Shown piece after piece: positions 37,886 through 48,679 of a stretch of DNA of 64,000 nucleotides. Location: assembly GCF_963921235.1 (NCBI RefSeq), contig NC_086097.1, positions 238,330,001 to 238,394,000 of the forward strand, given 5' to 3'. The DNA comes from Mobula hypostoma. Taxonomy: Eukaryota. Position numbers and translations under genes: made by a program. How positions within the stretch are numbered: position 1 is the stretch's first letter; each line of letters starts with the position of its first letter. A model generated the notes under the pieces. That model searched no databases. It was not told the DNA's origin and saw only the letters and a program-made list of their open reading frames with translations.

Positions 37886-39740
37886 AATTCTGGAAACGCT
37901 CAGCAGACCAGGTTGCACATGTGCAAAGAAAAACGGAGTAGATGTTTCAAGTCAAGGACCCTTCCCCAGAACAGAAAGGGAACTTCCAAAACAATAAGGA
38001 GGCCAAAGAGAAGGAGAACATGAAACCATGGTTGTCATGTGTGAAAGTTGTAAGCAAAATTATTTGATATTTGGCTCACTGCTGAGAGCCTACAGCTTGA
38101 TCTTAAGTTGCCTGAACTAGGCTTGTTTTTTTTTTCAGGAAACTGCAGCAATGTGTCAGATTCTTCTATTTCTTTACACCAGGAGAGTGGAAGGTATGGT
38201 GCCAGCTTTATAAAACTCTGGTTAGGCCACACTCAGTTATGGTTGCTACATTATATAAAGGATGTGAAGGTTTTGAGGAGGATGCAGAAGAGATGAATCA
38301 GAATTAAAGTTCAGAATCAGAGTCTGGTTTATGAACACTGACATACAGTATGTCAATAACACTAAACAATGACATCACCACCAAGGAAATCTTCAGAGGC
38401 CGGAGGCTCAGGAAGGCAGCATCCATCGTGAAGGACCCTCGCCATCTCGGACATGCCCTCTGCTCATTACTGCCATTAGAGAGGAAGTACAGGAGCACAA
38501 AGGCACACCCTCACATTCTACCGCTCCGCCATCAGATTTCCAAATGCCAGCAGAGCCTATAGAGGTGGGGTGTGGAGTGGAGGTCTTGACGGCTGTGTGC
38601 TGTGCAGAGCTTCTCTCCTTGGCATTATGGGGGCTGCAAAGCAAAGAGCCCTTCGGACCATCACAGAGGCTGCTCAGTGAGTTTCCAGATGGCTATGGAT
38701 ATTGTTGGTGGAGGTCCATTATGATGGATGCCAGCTTCTTAAAGAACCACCTTTTGAAGATGTCTTCCATGTCGTGGTGGGTTATGTTATTATAGATCTG
38801 GCTGGGTATTTAACCCTCTGTAACCTCCTGTGATCCTGTGCATTGGAACCTCCATACCGGTGGTGATGTAAGCACTCTGGCTGAAGAAATTCCCCCTCAT
38901 TTTTGTTCTAAAGGATGTCCCTCTATTCTGAAGTTGTGCCCTCTGGTCCTAAATGCCTCCATCATTTGAAACAGAGTCTCCACATCCACTCTGTCAAGGT
39001 TTTTCAACAGTTGTAAGGTTTCAATGAGATTCACACCCCTGCCCCCCTGACCCATTCTACTGAATTCCAGTGCGTCCAGGCCCAGAGCTATCAAATGCTT
39101 CTCAAATGTCAAGCCCTTCAATCCCAGAATCATTGCTGTGTACCTCCCTTAGCCCTCTCCAATGTCAGCACATACCTTCTTAGATAAGGGGACCAGAACT
39201 GCTCACAATACTCCAGGTGAGGCCTCCAAGCGTCTTATAAAACCTTAACAATACAGCCTTGCTTTTATGTACAAATCCTCTCGAAATGAATGCTAACATT
39301 GCATTTGCCTTCAACATCAACTCTACCCGCAAAATTAACCTGCAAATGTTACTGCACTCTTTAAGGAGAAAGGCAGCAGAAAAGAAATTATAGGCCAGTT
39401 AGCCTGACCTCAGTGGTCGGGAAGATGTTGGAGTCAATTGTTAAGGATGAGGCGATGGAATACTTGGTGAGACAGGAAAAGATGGTACAAAGTCAGCATG
39501 GTTTCCTTCAGGGAAAATCCTGCCAGACAAACCAACTGGAGTTCTTAGAGGAGATTACAAGTGGGATAGATAAAGGGGATGCAGTGGATGTTGTATATTT
39601 GGACTTTCAGAAAGCCTTTGGCAAGGTGCCACACATGAGGCTGCTTACCAAGTTAACAGCCCATGGTATTACAGGAAAGTTACTAACATGGTTAGAGCAT
39701 TGGCTGATTGGTAGGAGGCAGTGAGAAAGAAAGGATCCTT

Positions 39741-39870
39741 AAACAACAGGAATACTGCAGATGCTGGAAATTCAAGCAACACACATAAAAGTTGCTGGTG
39801 AACGCAGCAGGCCAGGCAGCACCTCTTCCTAGAGATGCTGCCTGGCCTGCTGCGTTCACCAGCAACTTTT
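39741..39870. mobile_element. 130-bp fold-back Penelope pseudo-LTR insertion (ribozyme part absent)
   Basis: Starts aaacaacagg (reverse complement of the PLE 3' end) and has an internal inverted repeat. Perfect 14-bp TSD aagaaaggatcctt at 39727-39740 and 39871-39884. Confidence 0.85.
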
Positions 39871-40042
39871 AAGAAAGGATCCTTTTCCAGTTGGCTGCCG
39901 GTGACTAGTGATGTTCCACAGGGGTTGGGACCACTTCTTTTTATGCTGTATATACAAACGTTTGTAAATAATTTAGATGATGGAATAGGTGGCTTTGTTG
40001 CCAAGTTTGCAGATGATACAAAGATTGGTGGGGGGCAAGCGT

Positions 40043-40296
40043 AAACAACAGGAATTCTGCAGATGCTGGAAATTCAAGCAACACACATCAAAGTTGCTGG
40101 TGAACGCAGCAGGCCAGGCAGCATCTCTAGGAAGAGGTACTGTCGACGTTTCAGGCCGAGAACCTTCCTCAGGACTAACTGAAGGAAGTCCTTCAGTTAG
40201 TCCTGACGAAGGGTCTCGGCCTGAAACGTCGACTGTACCTCTTCCTAGAGATGCTGCCTGGCCTGCTGCGTTCACCAGCAACTTTGATGTGTGTTG
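40043..40296. mobile_element. Fold-back (inverted) Penelope pseudo-LTR insertion with a hammerhead motif on each strand
   Basis: Arms 40079-40186 and 40189-40296 are near-perfect inverted repeats of the PLE 3' end. TSD g(g/a)gggcaagcgt at 40031-40042 and 40297-40308. It interrupts a CR1 RT. Confidence 0.85.
40199..40234 (+). ncRNA. Intact minimal type-I hammerhead ribozyme motif
   Basis: AGUC-CUGACGA(40203-40209)-stem II-GAAA(40223-40226)-CGUC-GACU. Predicted GUC cleavage after 40230. Stem III is reduced to palindromic ACGU. Confidence 0.75.
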
Positions 40297-42289
40297 GAGG
40301 GCAAGCGTGTTGAGCAAACAGGTAGAATGCAGAAGGACTTGGACTGATTAGGAGCATGGACAAGAAAGAGGCAAATGAAATACAACGTTGGAAAATGCAT
40401 GGACATGCACTTTGATAGTAGAAATAAATCTGCGGACTATTTTCTAAACGAGAAGAAAATACAGGAATCTGAGATGCAGAGGGACTTGGGAGTCCTTGTG
40501 TGGAACTCACTGAAGGTTACCTTGCAGGTTGAGTCAGTTTGGAGGAAAGCAAATGCATTAATTTCAGGAGGTCTAGAATACAATGGCAAGGATGTGATGC
40601 AGAAGCTTTATAAGGCACCTTGATTATTGTGAACAGTTTTGGGCCCCTGATCTTAGAACAGATATGCTGGCATCGGAGAGGGTCCAGAGGAGGTTCACAA
40701 TGATGATCCCAGGAATTAAATGGCTATCATACGAGGAACGTTTGATGGTTCTGGGTGTGTACTTGCTGGAATTCAGAAGGATGAGTGGGGATCGCATTAA
40801 AACCTTTTGAATGTTGAAAGGCCTGGACAGAGTAGATGTGGAAAGGATGTTTCCCATGGTGGGAGATTCTAGGACAAGAGAGCACAGCCTCAGGATAGAG
40901 GGGTGCCCTTTTAAAACAGAAATGTGGAGAAATTTCTTCATCCAAAGGGTTGTGAATTTGTGAAATTTGTTGCCACATACTGCTGTGGAGGCCAGGTTAT
41001 TTTTAAAGCAGAGATTGATAGGTTCTTGACTGAACATGGCATCAAAGGTTATGGGGAGAAGGCCGGGAACTGGGGTTGAGGAGGATATTAAAAAAAAGGA
41101 TCAACCATAATTGAATGGCGGAGTAGACTCGATGGGCCAAGTGGCCTAATTCTGCTCCTATGTCTTATGGTCTAAATCACTGATAAACAACGTTAATAGT
41201 AGTGGTCCCAATTCTGACCCTAGGAACACCACTAGTCACTAACGGACAACCAGAAAAGGCCCCCCTTTATTCCCACTCACTGTCTTCTGCCCGTCAGCCA
41301 TTCCTCTATCTATGCCAGTATCTTTCCAGTACACCCTAGGATTTTATCTTGTTAAGCAGCCTCATGTGAGGCCCCTGATCAAATCCCTTCTGAAAATCCA
41401 AGTAAATTACATCCAGTGCCTCTCTCTTGTCCACCCTGAATGTTCCTTCCTTGAAGAATTCTAACGGATTTGTCAGGCACGATTTCCCTTCACAGAAACC
41501 ATGGAGACTTTGACTTATTTTATCATTAATCTCCAAGTACCCTGAAACTTCATCCTAAATAATAGACTTCAACACTTTCCCAACCATTGAGGCAAACTGG
41601 CCTAGAATTTCATCGGTTTTGTCTTCCTCCCTTCTTAAAGAATGGGGAGATATTTGCAATTTTCTAGTCATCTGAGACCATGCCAGAATCAGGTGATTCT
41701 TGAAAGATCATGACCAATGCATCTGTTATCTCTTCAGCAACCTCTTTCAGGACACTGGAATGGAGTCCATCTGGTCCAGGTGGCTTATCTACCGCAAGAC
41801 CTTTCAATTTGCCTATCACTTTTTCCTTTATAATAGCAATGGCTTCCTGACACTCTTAAACCTCTGGCATACTGCTAGTGTCTTCCACAGTGAAACCAGA
41901 AGCAATTACCTATTGTTTATTTGCCATTTCTTTGACCATTACTACCTCACCAGCATAATTTTCCAGTGGCCCAATATCAACTCTGATATGCCTTTTATTT
42001 TTTTTATATAACTGCAAAAAACTTTTAGTATCCTGCTTTATATTATCGGCTGGTTTGCCCTCATATTTAATCTTTTCACTTCTCATAGCTTTTTTAGTTG
42101 CCTTTGGTTGGGTTTTTAAAAGCTTCCCAATCAACCAACTTCCCATTCACTTTTGCTACCTTGTATGCCCTTTCTTTGGCTTTTATGTAGTCCTTAACTT
42201 CCCTTGTCAGCCAGGGTTGACAGACATAGATAATCAGCTTGTATTTCCCCCTCTATTGTCAAAATACCTTAAATGAGATTGCATGCATT

Positions 42290-42680
42290 TAGGATATGAG
42301 GGGCAAGTTCAAAGAAGATGTGCAGAGCAAGTTTGTTTTACACAGGGAGTGGTGGGTGCCAGCAATGTACTGCCAAGGCTGGCAGTAGAGGCAAATGTGA
42401 TAGAGGTCTTTAACATGGTTTCTAAAGTTTAAAGGGAACATTAGGGCAGGCTTCTTCACACAGAGAGTGGTGGGAGTGTGGAATGAGCTGCCAGACAAGG
42501 TGGTAAATGCGGGTTCTTTTTTAACATTTAAGAATACATTGGGCAGATACATGGGTGAGAGGTGTATGGAGGGATATGGTCCGTGTGCAGGTCAGTGGGA
42601 CTAGGCAGAAAATGGTTCGGCACAGCCAAGAAGGGCCAAAAGGCCTGTTTCTGTGCTGTAGTTTTTCTATGGTTTCTAAA
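42290..42680 (+). mobile_element. CR1 3' end fragments (nested)
   Basis: cacagagagtggtgggagtgtggaatgagctgcca..ctgtgctgtagtttttctatggtttcta. A similar piece lies at 46365-46670. Confidence 0.7.
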
Positions 42681-42718
42681 ACAGAGACAGTTACTTGAAG
42701 ATGCATAGAATGCAAGTA

Positions 42719-43197
42719 CGAGGGGTCATTGATAAGTTTGTGGCCTAAGGTAGAAGGAGTCAATTTTAGAAAACCTAGTACATTTATTTTTCAACCCAGT
42801 CCCCTCCTACATTTACACACTTAGTCCAGCGGTCGTGGAGCATATGGATCCCTTCTTTGTATAAGTGGTCCACAGCAGCGGTGATTGATAAGTTTGTGAC
42901 CTAAGGTAGAAGGAGATGAGTTATACCACTCTTGTTACATGCATGTGCAGTTCAACTGTGAGTGAAAATGCAGAAAGTTTGAAGTTAATAACTCATCTCC
43001 TTCAGGCCACGAACTTATCAATCACCCCTGCTGTGGACCACTTTCTGGAGGTCCAAGACACCGACTTATACAAAGAAGGGATCCGTATGCTCCACGACCG
43101 CTGGACTAAGTATGTAAATGTAGGAAAAATAAATGTGTTAGGTTTTCTAAAATTGACTCCTTCTACCTTAGGCCACAAACTTATCAACCACCCCTTG
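42719..43197. mobile_element. Fold-back mariner-derived MITE with four TIR copies
   Basis: TA|CGAGGGGTCATTGATAAGTTTGTGGCCTAAGG at the left end and its inverse at the right. Arms of ~200 bp. An inner TIR pair lies at ~42878-42915 and ~42995-43028. The right arm translates LYKEGIRMLHDRWTKYVNVG, the mariner transposase C-terminus. Confidence 0.85.
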
Positions 43198-43862
43198 TCT
43201 ATGGCCATCATGTTGGCAGAAGTGTTTACTTTAGTTAGGCATTGATTAATCAACTACTAGTTGATTAGTTCTGCAAATCATCATGGATTGAAAAGATATT
43301 GTACTGTTCTATGATCTACGTATAATAGTCATAATCTTTCCAAAAAAGTGCTGTTTATTCTTGAAGATTAATCAGTGTTAAAACCCCATCAATATCGCAA
43401 ATCTCATTTTATTGTATCAATGTGTGCAGTTAGATCCCTTTACCAAAATCATAATAAACAATGATTTTGATACTAATTGTACATTCTTACTGTGACATTC
43501 TACAACGTTTGTATTTGTACTCAGCATCTTAAACTGAGCTCAGCCCTTAATACTCTTTGTACAACGCAAATCTTAGTAAAATGAAACACGTTTTCACAAA
43601 ACAACCATATATATTCTGCAATAAAATCGATAGTATATATTCTGGATTCAAATTCTGTGTTTTAATACAGTATGGAACATATGGCAAAATAGTTAAGTCA
43701 TCAGGGAAAGATCTATTTCAATCTAACGCACCATTTGTCAGGGAATTAATTTATTATATATCAATAAAATAGCTCCATAAAACACAAAGCAGTATCCAGC
43801 AACATTAGAAAATCATTTTTCCACATTTTGTACAAATATCTGATGAAATTCACTTCACTCAC

Positions 43863-44057
43863 CCTTACAGATGGGAACAGGGAAATCCCATGATGCAGTA
43901 TTTCCTGAGCTGGCCAAGCAGGTTAGCAAGGGATGTCCATCGAGAATATAGCCATGCACACAGGAGTAGGAGATCTTGTCTCCAATATTAAAGCTTGTGC
44001 CATGAACGATAGCTCCATGTGGTACACCAGGGTTTCCACAAGTACTGCTCTGCAACT
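43863..44057 (-). CDS. CSMD3: Internal coding exon of CUB and Sushi multiple domains protein 3 (first Sushi/CCP domain); 195 bp, phase 1-1
   Basis: Minus strand has a polypyrimidine tract and acceptor (tttctttattccacag|AG TTG CAG), an open frame (E)LQSSTCGNPGVPHGAIVHGTSFNIGDKISYSCVHGYILDGHPLLTCLASSGNTASWDFPVPICK, and donor AAG G|gtgagt. The 4 Cys + Trp Sushi pattern is present. ELQSS-CGNPGVP, GYILDGHP and NTASWDFPVPIC match my recollection of CSMD3 rather than CSMD1. Confidence 0.9.
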
Positions 44058-44613
44058 CTGTGGAATAAAGAAATTAAAACGAATGAAGACAGTCTTACAA
44101 GTTGATCCACTCTTTGAAATACATTGGGCCATATCTTTCTTTAGACAATTGTGTTCATTATACAGTTGGTGCCAATACAAGATATTTTTCTGCATCCTAT
44201 AAAAAAATCAATACCATCAAGAGGTACAGAAACCTTACATCCCACTTCAACAAGTTCAGGAGCAGTTATTATCCTTCAACTATTAGGCTCCTGAATGGTA
44301 TAGATAACTTCTTTCTTCACTCCTCTGAACTGATCCTACAACCTACAGACTCACTTTCAATGATCCTTTTTACAAGTTATGCTCTCAGTGTTACTTTTAT
44401 TTGTAGTTTGTCTTCTCTTACACATTGGTTGTTTGTCAGTATTGTCTGCTTATGTATATAACATATACAGTACATACTTTGATAAATTAGCTTTGAACTT
44501 TATGTCCTCTAAAACAACATTAAATAGTTCATTATTATTTTTTATCCAATCATCCTTGCATCTTGCAAAAAACAATAATTTCCCAATACCATTTAACTTG
44601 AGTAAGCTAGCTA

Positions 44614-45145
44614 CGCTCAGTGACCATTTTATCAGGTGCTTCCTGACCTAATAAAGAGGCCATTGAGTTTACGTTCATAGTTTTCTGATGCTGTAGCCAG
44701 TCCATCAAGGTTCAATGTATTGCGAGTTTTGCGTTTTAATACGTGGTTATTTGAATTACTGTCACCTTCCTGTCAGCTTGAAAGACATGGGCCGTTTTCC
44801 TCTGACCTTTCTCATTAACAAGGCATTTTCGCCCACAGAATTGTTGCTCACTGGATTTTTTTTTGGTTTTCTGCACCATTCTCCATAAACCTTAAATTGT
44901 TTTGCATTGAAATCCCTGAAGACAAGCAGTTTCTGAAATACTCAAACCACCTCTTCTGATTGGCACCAACAATCATTCCACAGTCAAAATCACTTAGATC
45001 ACATTTCTTCCGCACTCTGACCATGACCCCTGAACCCCTTGACCATGTCTAAATGCTTTTTATGCACTGAGTTGTTGCCACATGCTTGGCTGATTAGATA
45101 TTTGCATTAATGAACAGGTGTAACTAATAAAGTCACCACTGAGTG
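44614..45145. mobile_element. Non-autonomous Tc1-like element
   Basis: TA flanks at 44612-44613 and 45146-45147. Imperfect TIRs cgctcagtgaccattttatcagg / cactcagtggtgactttattagt, with an extra inverted TIR copy at ~44647-44669. Confidence 0.75.
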
Positions 45146-47058
45146 TATATTCTGCCAACTTGTGCATCCTGATCAAATTTCTGCTCAACTCCAATGCAAA
45201 TTATAGTGACAGAGCAGAAACGTCTAAGTGATTCCTGATGACATCTGTTTCTTCACTTTTGCTGTTCTTAAAACACAATGGCCTTGAAAATAGGTCACGT
45301 AACATTGTATTTTTCTACAGAACCTGAGCGAAATGCAACAGCAATCATTTCTGTGTCATTTGATGTTGTATAGATATTCAGCTACGCTTTTCTTTGCAAA
45401 ATTTCCATAGCAAGCATCAGCATTTGTAATACAAGCAAAATGCAGGAGGAACTCAGCAGGTCAGGCATGATCTATGAAGAGAAATGTACGGTAGATGTTT
45501 CGGATCAAGGTCTTTCATCGGGACTGGAAAGAATAAGGAGAGAAACTAGAATATAAAAGGTAGGAAGATGGAGTGGAATACAAGATGTCAGGTGATAGGA
45601 GACTCTAGGTGAGAGGGGTAGGTTGGTGGGAGGGGTGTATGAAAAAAATGATGTGAGAAGCTGCAAGGTGATAGGTGGAAGAGAAAGGGAGAGGGGTCTT
45701 TATTTACCACGCAACTTGTCTTTTGAAGCACCACAAGGAAATTTAAAGCAGAGTCTCGAGTGCAAATATTGATCAATTCTCCCTTGATAACCAGGATTTG
45801 TGAATGAAATATTGTAAGACTGGAAATCAATTGAAGCATCTCATTCTTGTACTTCATTATTCTATCCTGTTCTTTCCCCATGATGCAGTCTCTGCATCAA
45901 CACACAATCTACTGAAAAATCTCTGAAGATGGCGGGATCACATTGCATCAGGCAGAAATGACGAAGGCAGATGTGCTGGATGTAGAGTGTTGTGTATTCA
46001 GTATTTCAGTAATACTTGATTAATCTTATATATTATTTGAATAAGCTTCTTTATTTGATTAAACAATTCATTACAGCTTACGTGTGAAAATACACGAGAT
46101 GCATATGTCATCATGCAGCCATATGATATGTGTGTGCCTTGCTTAATGACTGTGACTAAGTAAAACTCAAATGCCATCTATAAATTTGTAGAGGAACCCA
46201 CTGTTGTTGGTTAAATTTCAGATGCTGATGAGCAGGAGCGAAAACAATCTGCTGGTTGAGTGGCGTCAGTACAAGAACCTTGCACTTAACATCTGGAAGA
46301 CCAAAGAAAGGATTGTGGACTTCAGAAAATGGAAGTTATGAAAACAGACACCAGTCCTCATTTTTCCACTGAGGTTGGGTGGGACTAGAACTACAAGTCA
46401 TGGCTTAAAGGTGAAAGATAAAATATTTAAGGGGAACATGAGAGGGAACTTCACTCAGAAGGTGGTGAGAGCATGGAACGAGCTGCCAGTGTAAGTGATA
46501 GATGTGGGTTTGATTTCAACGTTGAAGAGAAGTTTGGATAGGTACGTGGATAGGAGGGGTAAAGAGGGCTACGGTCCTAGTGCAGGTCAGTGGGACAAGG
46601 CAGATGATTAGTTCAGCACAGATTAAAGATGGGCCAAAGGACCCGTTTCTGTGCTGTCCTATGATTCTATAACTCTATAAAAGACAGTGACAATAAATCT
46701 GATTCTGAATTGGTTGAGCAAAGAACAGACAGGGATGGGCGAAAATCACATTCCATGGGGTGTACTAGAATTTATACAACAAAATCTTGGCTCACAATAT
46801 AAACAGAATAATTAAAGACACAGTAGAAGATAGAAAAATTAATACAATCAACTGTGTTTTGAAACACCACTGAAAAGCCACTGAAGAACTTTTTACACTC
46901 CGTAGTATTAATGTTGCGGATTGTGCAAAGGGTCATTACATCCTGTATATTCATATCTCGGAGAAGTTCTGAAATATTACGAAGGACTGGATTTATCCAG
47001 TACCAATTATTCATTTCAAAATGTCAATAATACTATGAGAAATCTATGATAATTCATA

Positions 47059-47609
47059 CAGTACTGGGCCAAAGTCATGTTTATATACACACATACATAT
47101 ACAGCATATATAACTAAGGCGTCCAAGACTTTTGCACAGTACTCTATTTGTCAACATGTAAAGGAGAGCGAGTTTGTAAATTTGGCAGGAGCAAAGGATA
47201 TTGGGAATAACGAGGTTGGAGTGCTGTGGTAGGCATGTTGGGATAGGTGGCAGAGAAGGAGTGCCAGGGATGGGGGTTAACACGTGTATAGACACACCCA
47301 GCTTTGAAACACCAGGGAATTGATTCCAAATGATTGGTTTAATGATTAATACAGAATGTCTCTCTGGTGCTTCCTGCTCCCTCCCCTCTCTCTTCCCCTT
47401 TTCCCCAATGCTGATTTCCCTCTCCTTGACCCCTTCCCACTCCCAGTTCACAATAGAGACCCATATCAAAATCAGGTTTAGCATCACTCACATGTTATGA
47501 AATTTGTTTTTTTTTCCCTGCAGTACAGTGCAATAAAATTGTTACAGTTCTATGCAAAAGTCTGAGACACCCTAGCTATATACATGCACCTGATTTTTGG
47601 CTCGGACTG
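47059..47609. mobile_element. Tc1/mariner-type MITE(s): two TIR-TIR mini-units (47059-47144, 47545-47609) around a ~400-bp spacer
   Basis: Four degenerate copies of CAGTACTGTGCAAAAGTC-type TIRs, each unit TA-flanked with a (TA/CA)-rich centre. Confidence 0.6.
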
Positions 47610-48158
47610 TATATCCCACATAGAAGCAGTTATTTATACAGATGGTCATCCAGCAGAAATATTTGGTTTTATAAGAATGTTTGTGTCTTTGTTTTAATTG
47701 ATGTGTTGGAGAAACAAAGAAAATTTCCTTTAATATAACTTGCTCTCTTTGCCTCTAGTGCACAATTGGCTTGTCTCTGTTTTCGAAAACTTACGTCAAG
47801 ATGAACAGTGAAATATAATAATTACACACATATATCAATTTTTTTTAATCATGACCATTAATGTAATTTACAAAATCATGTTCATAAAATTTGTTACAGA
47901 ACTGTGTTGGATTGGGGTACAGAATTGTTATTTCTCTTGTAGTTTTGCTTTCCTATGCTTGCATTTTTAAATAATCACCTATATACATGGAATTGTTCAG
48001 TGAACTTTCTAGAAATTACACTGTGGTTGCTTTTGTATTTTTCTCGAAGTTTCTTAGTTTTCTGTAGCAGGTGTCACATTACTTGAATCTGGCTATTTAA
48101 TAGGTCAATTGTTATCACTGTAAGTTTGTTATCTTTCATCTGAGTAGGGAAGACCACA

Positions 48159-48251
48159 CACATCAAAGTTGCCGGTGAACGCAGCAGGCCAGGCAGCATC
48201 TCTAGGAAGAGGTACAGTCGACGTTTCAGGCAGAGACCCCTCGTCAGGAAT
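48159..48251 (-). mobile_element. 93-bp Penelope pseudo-LTR insertion consisting mainly of the hammerhead motif and downstream stem
   Basis: Minus strand reads tcCTGACGAggggtctctgcctGAAAcgtcgactg. A 7-bp direct repeat gaccaca lies at 48152-48158 and 48252-48258. Confidence 0.75.
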
Positions 48252-48679
48252 GACCACAACTATTTTTCCTTTTGTTTGCTCTCTTAACACCTTTCTTTTC
48301 CACTCTCATAACACTTAATAAAATTCTCATAAGCAATAAATTGTATGACTTCCACAGACCCTTTGAATCATAAAAGTATCAGGATTCAACAGCTTCAAAT
48401 TACATCTCCTGGGGTCCAAAAGTACCTTTTTATTGGTTGTTGAAGTGGTCCGTGTTCAGTGGGAATGCTGTATTAATGGTTCCAACACTGATTTGCAATA
48501 ATTCAGGAGTTCCAAGTTATCACTATTGACACTTAATATTTTAAATAAATCCAGTTATATTTAATTACTTGAATTAACTCCCCAAGCTGCTTTGGTGTCA
48601 TTCTTCAGGAGTAACCACTATACCACAACGCTCCTGTGCTACCTAATAAATTGGTTTGAAAAAAAGATTGAGAGATTTG

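Larger units (their letters stand above)
38875..42215. mobile_element. Block of three abutting CR1 fragments: 38875-39340 (-), 39345-41175 (+, with two PLE insertions), 41175-42215 (-)
   Basis: SQHGFLQGKSC..YLDFQKAFGKVPH (39413-39724), [11 protein letters not shown], and YLDFQKGFDQGPH (41336-41536 -). Confidence 0.88.

Noticed and set aside
39973..40351. Overlapping ORFs on both strands with the same peptide
   Set aside because: A consequence of the inverted pseudo-LTR; not a gene.
38875..42215. Alternating CR1 orientations as a twin-priming inversion
   Set aside because: The fragments overlap in LINE coordinates and share no TSD; better explained as independent insertions.
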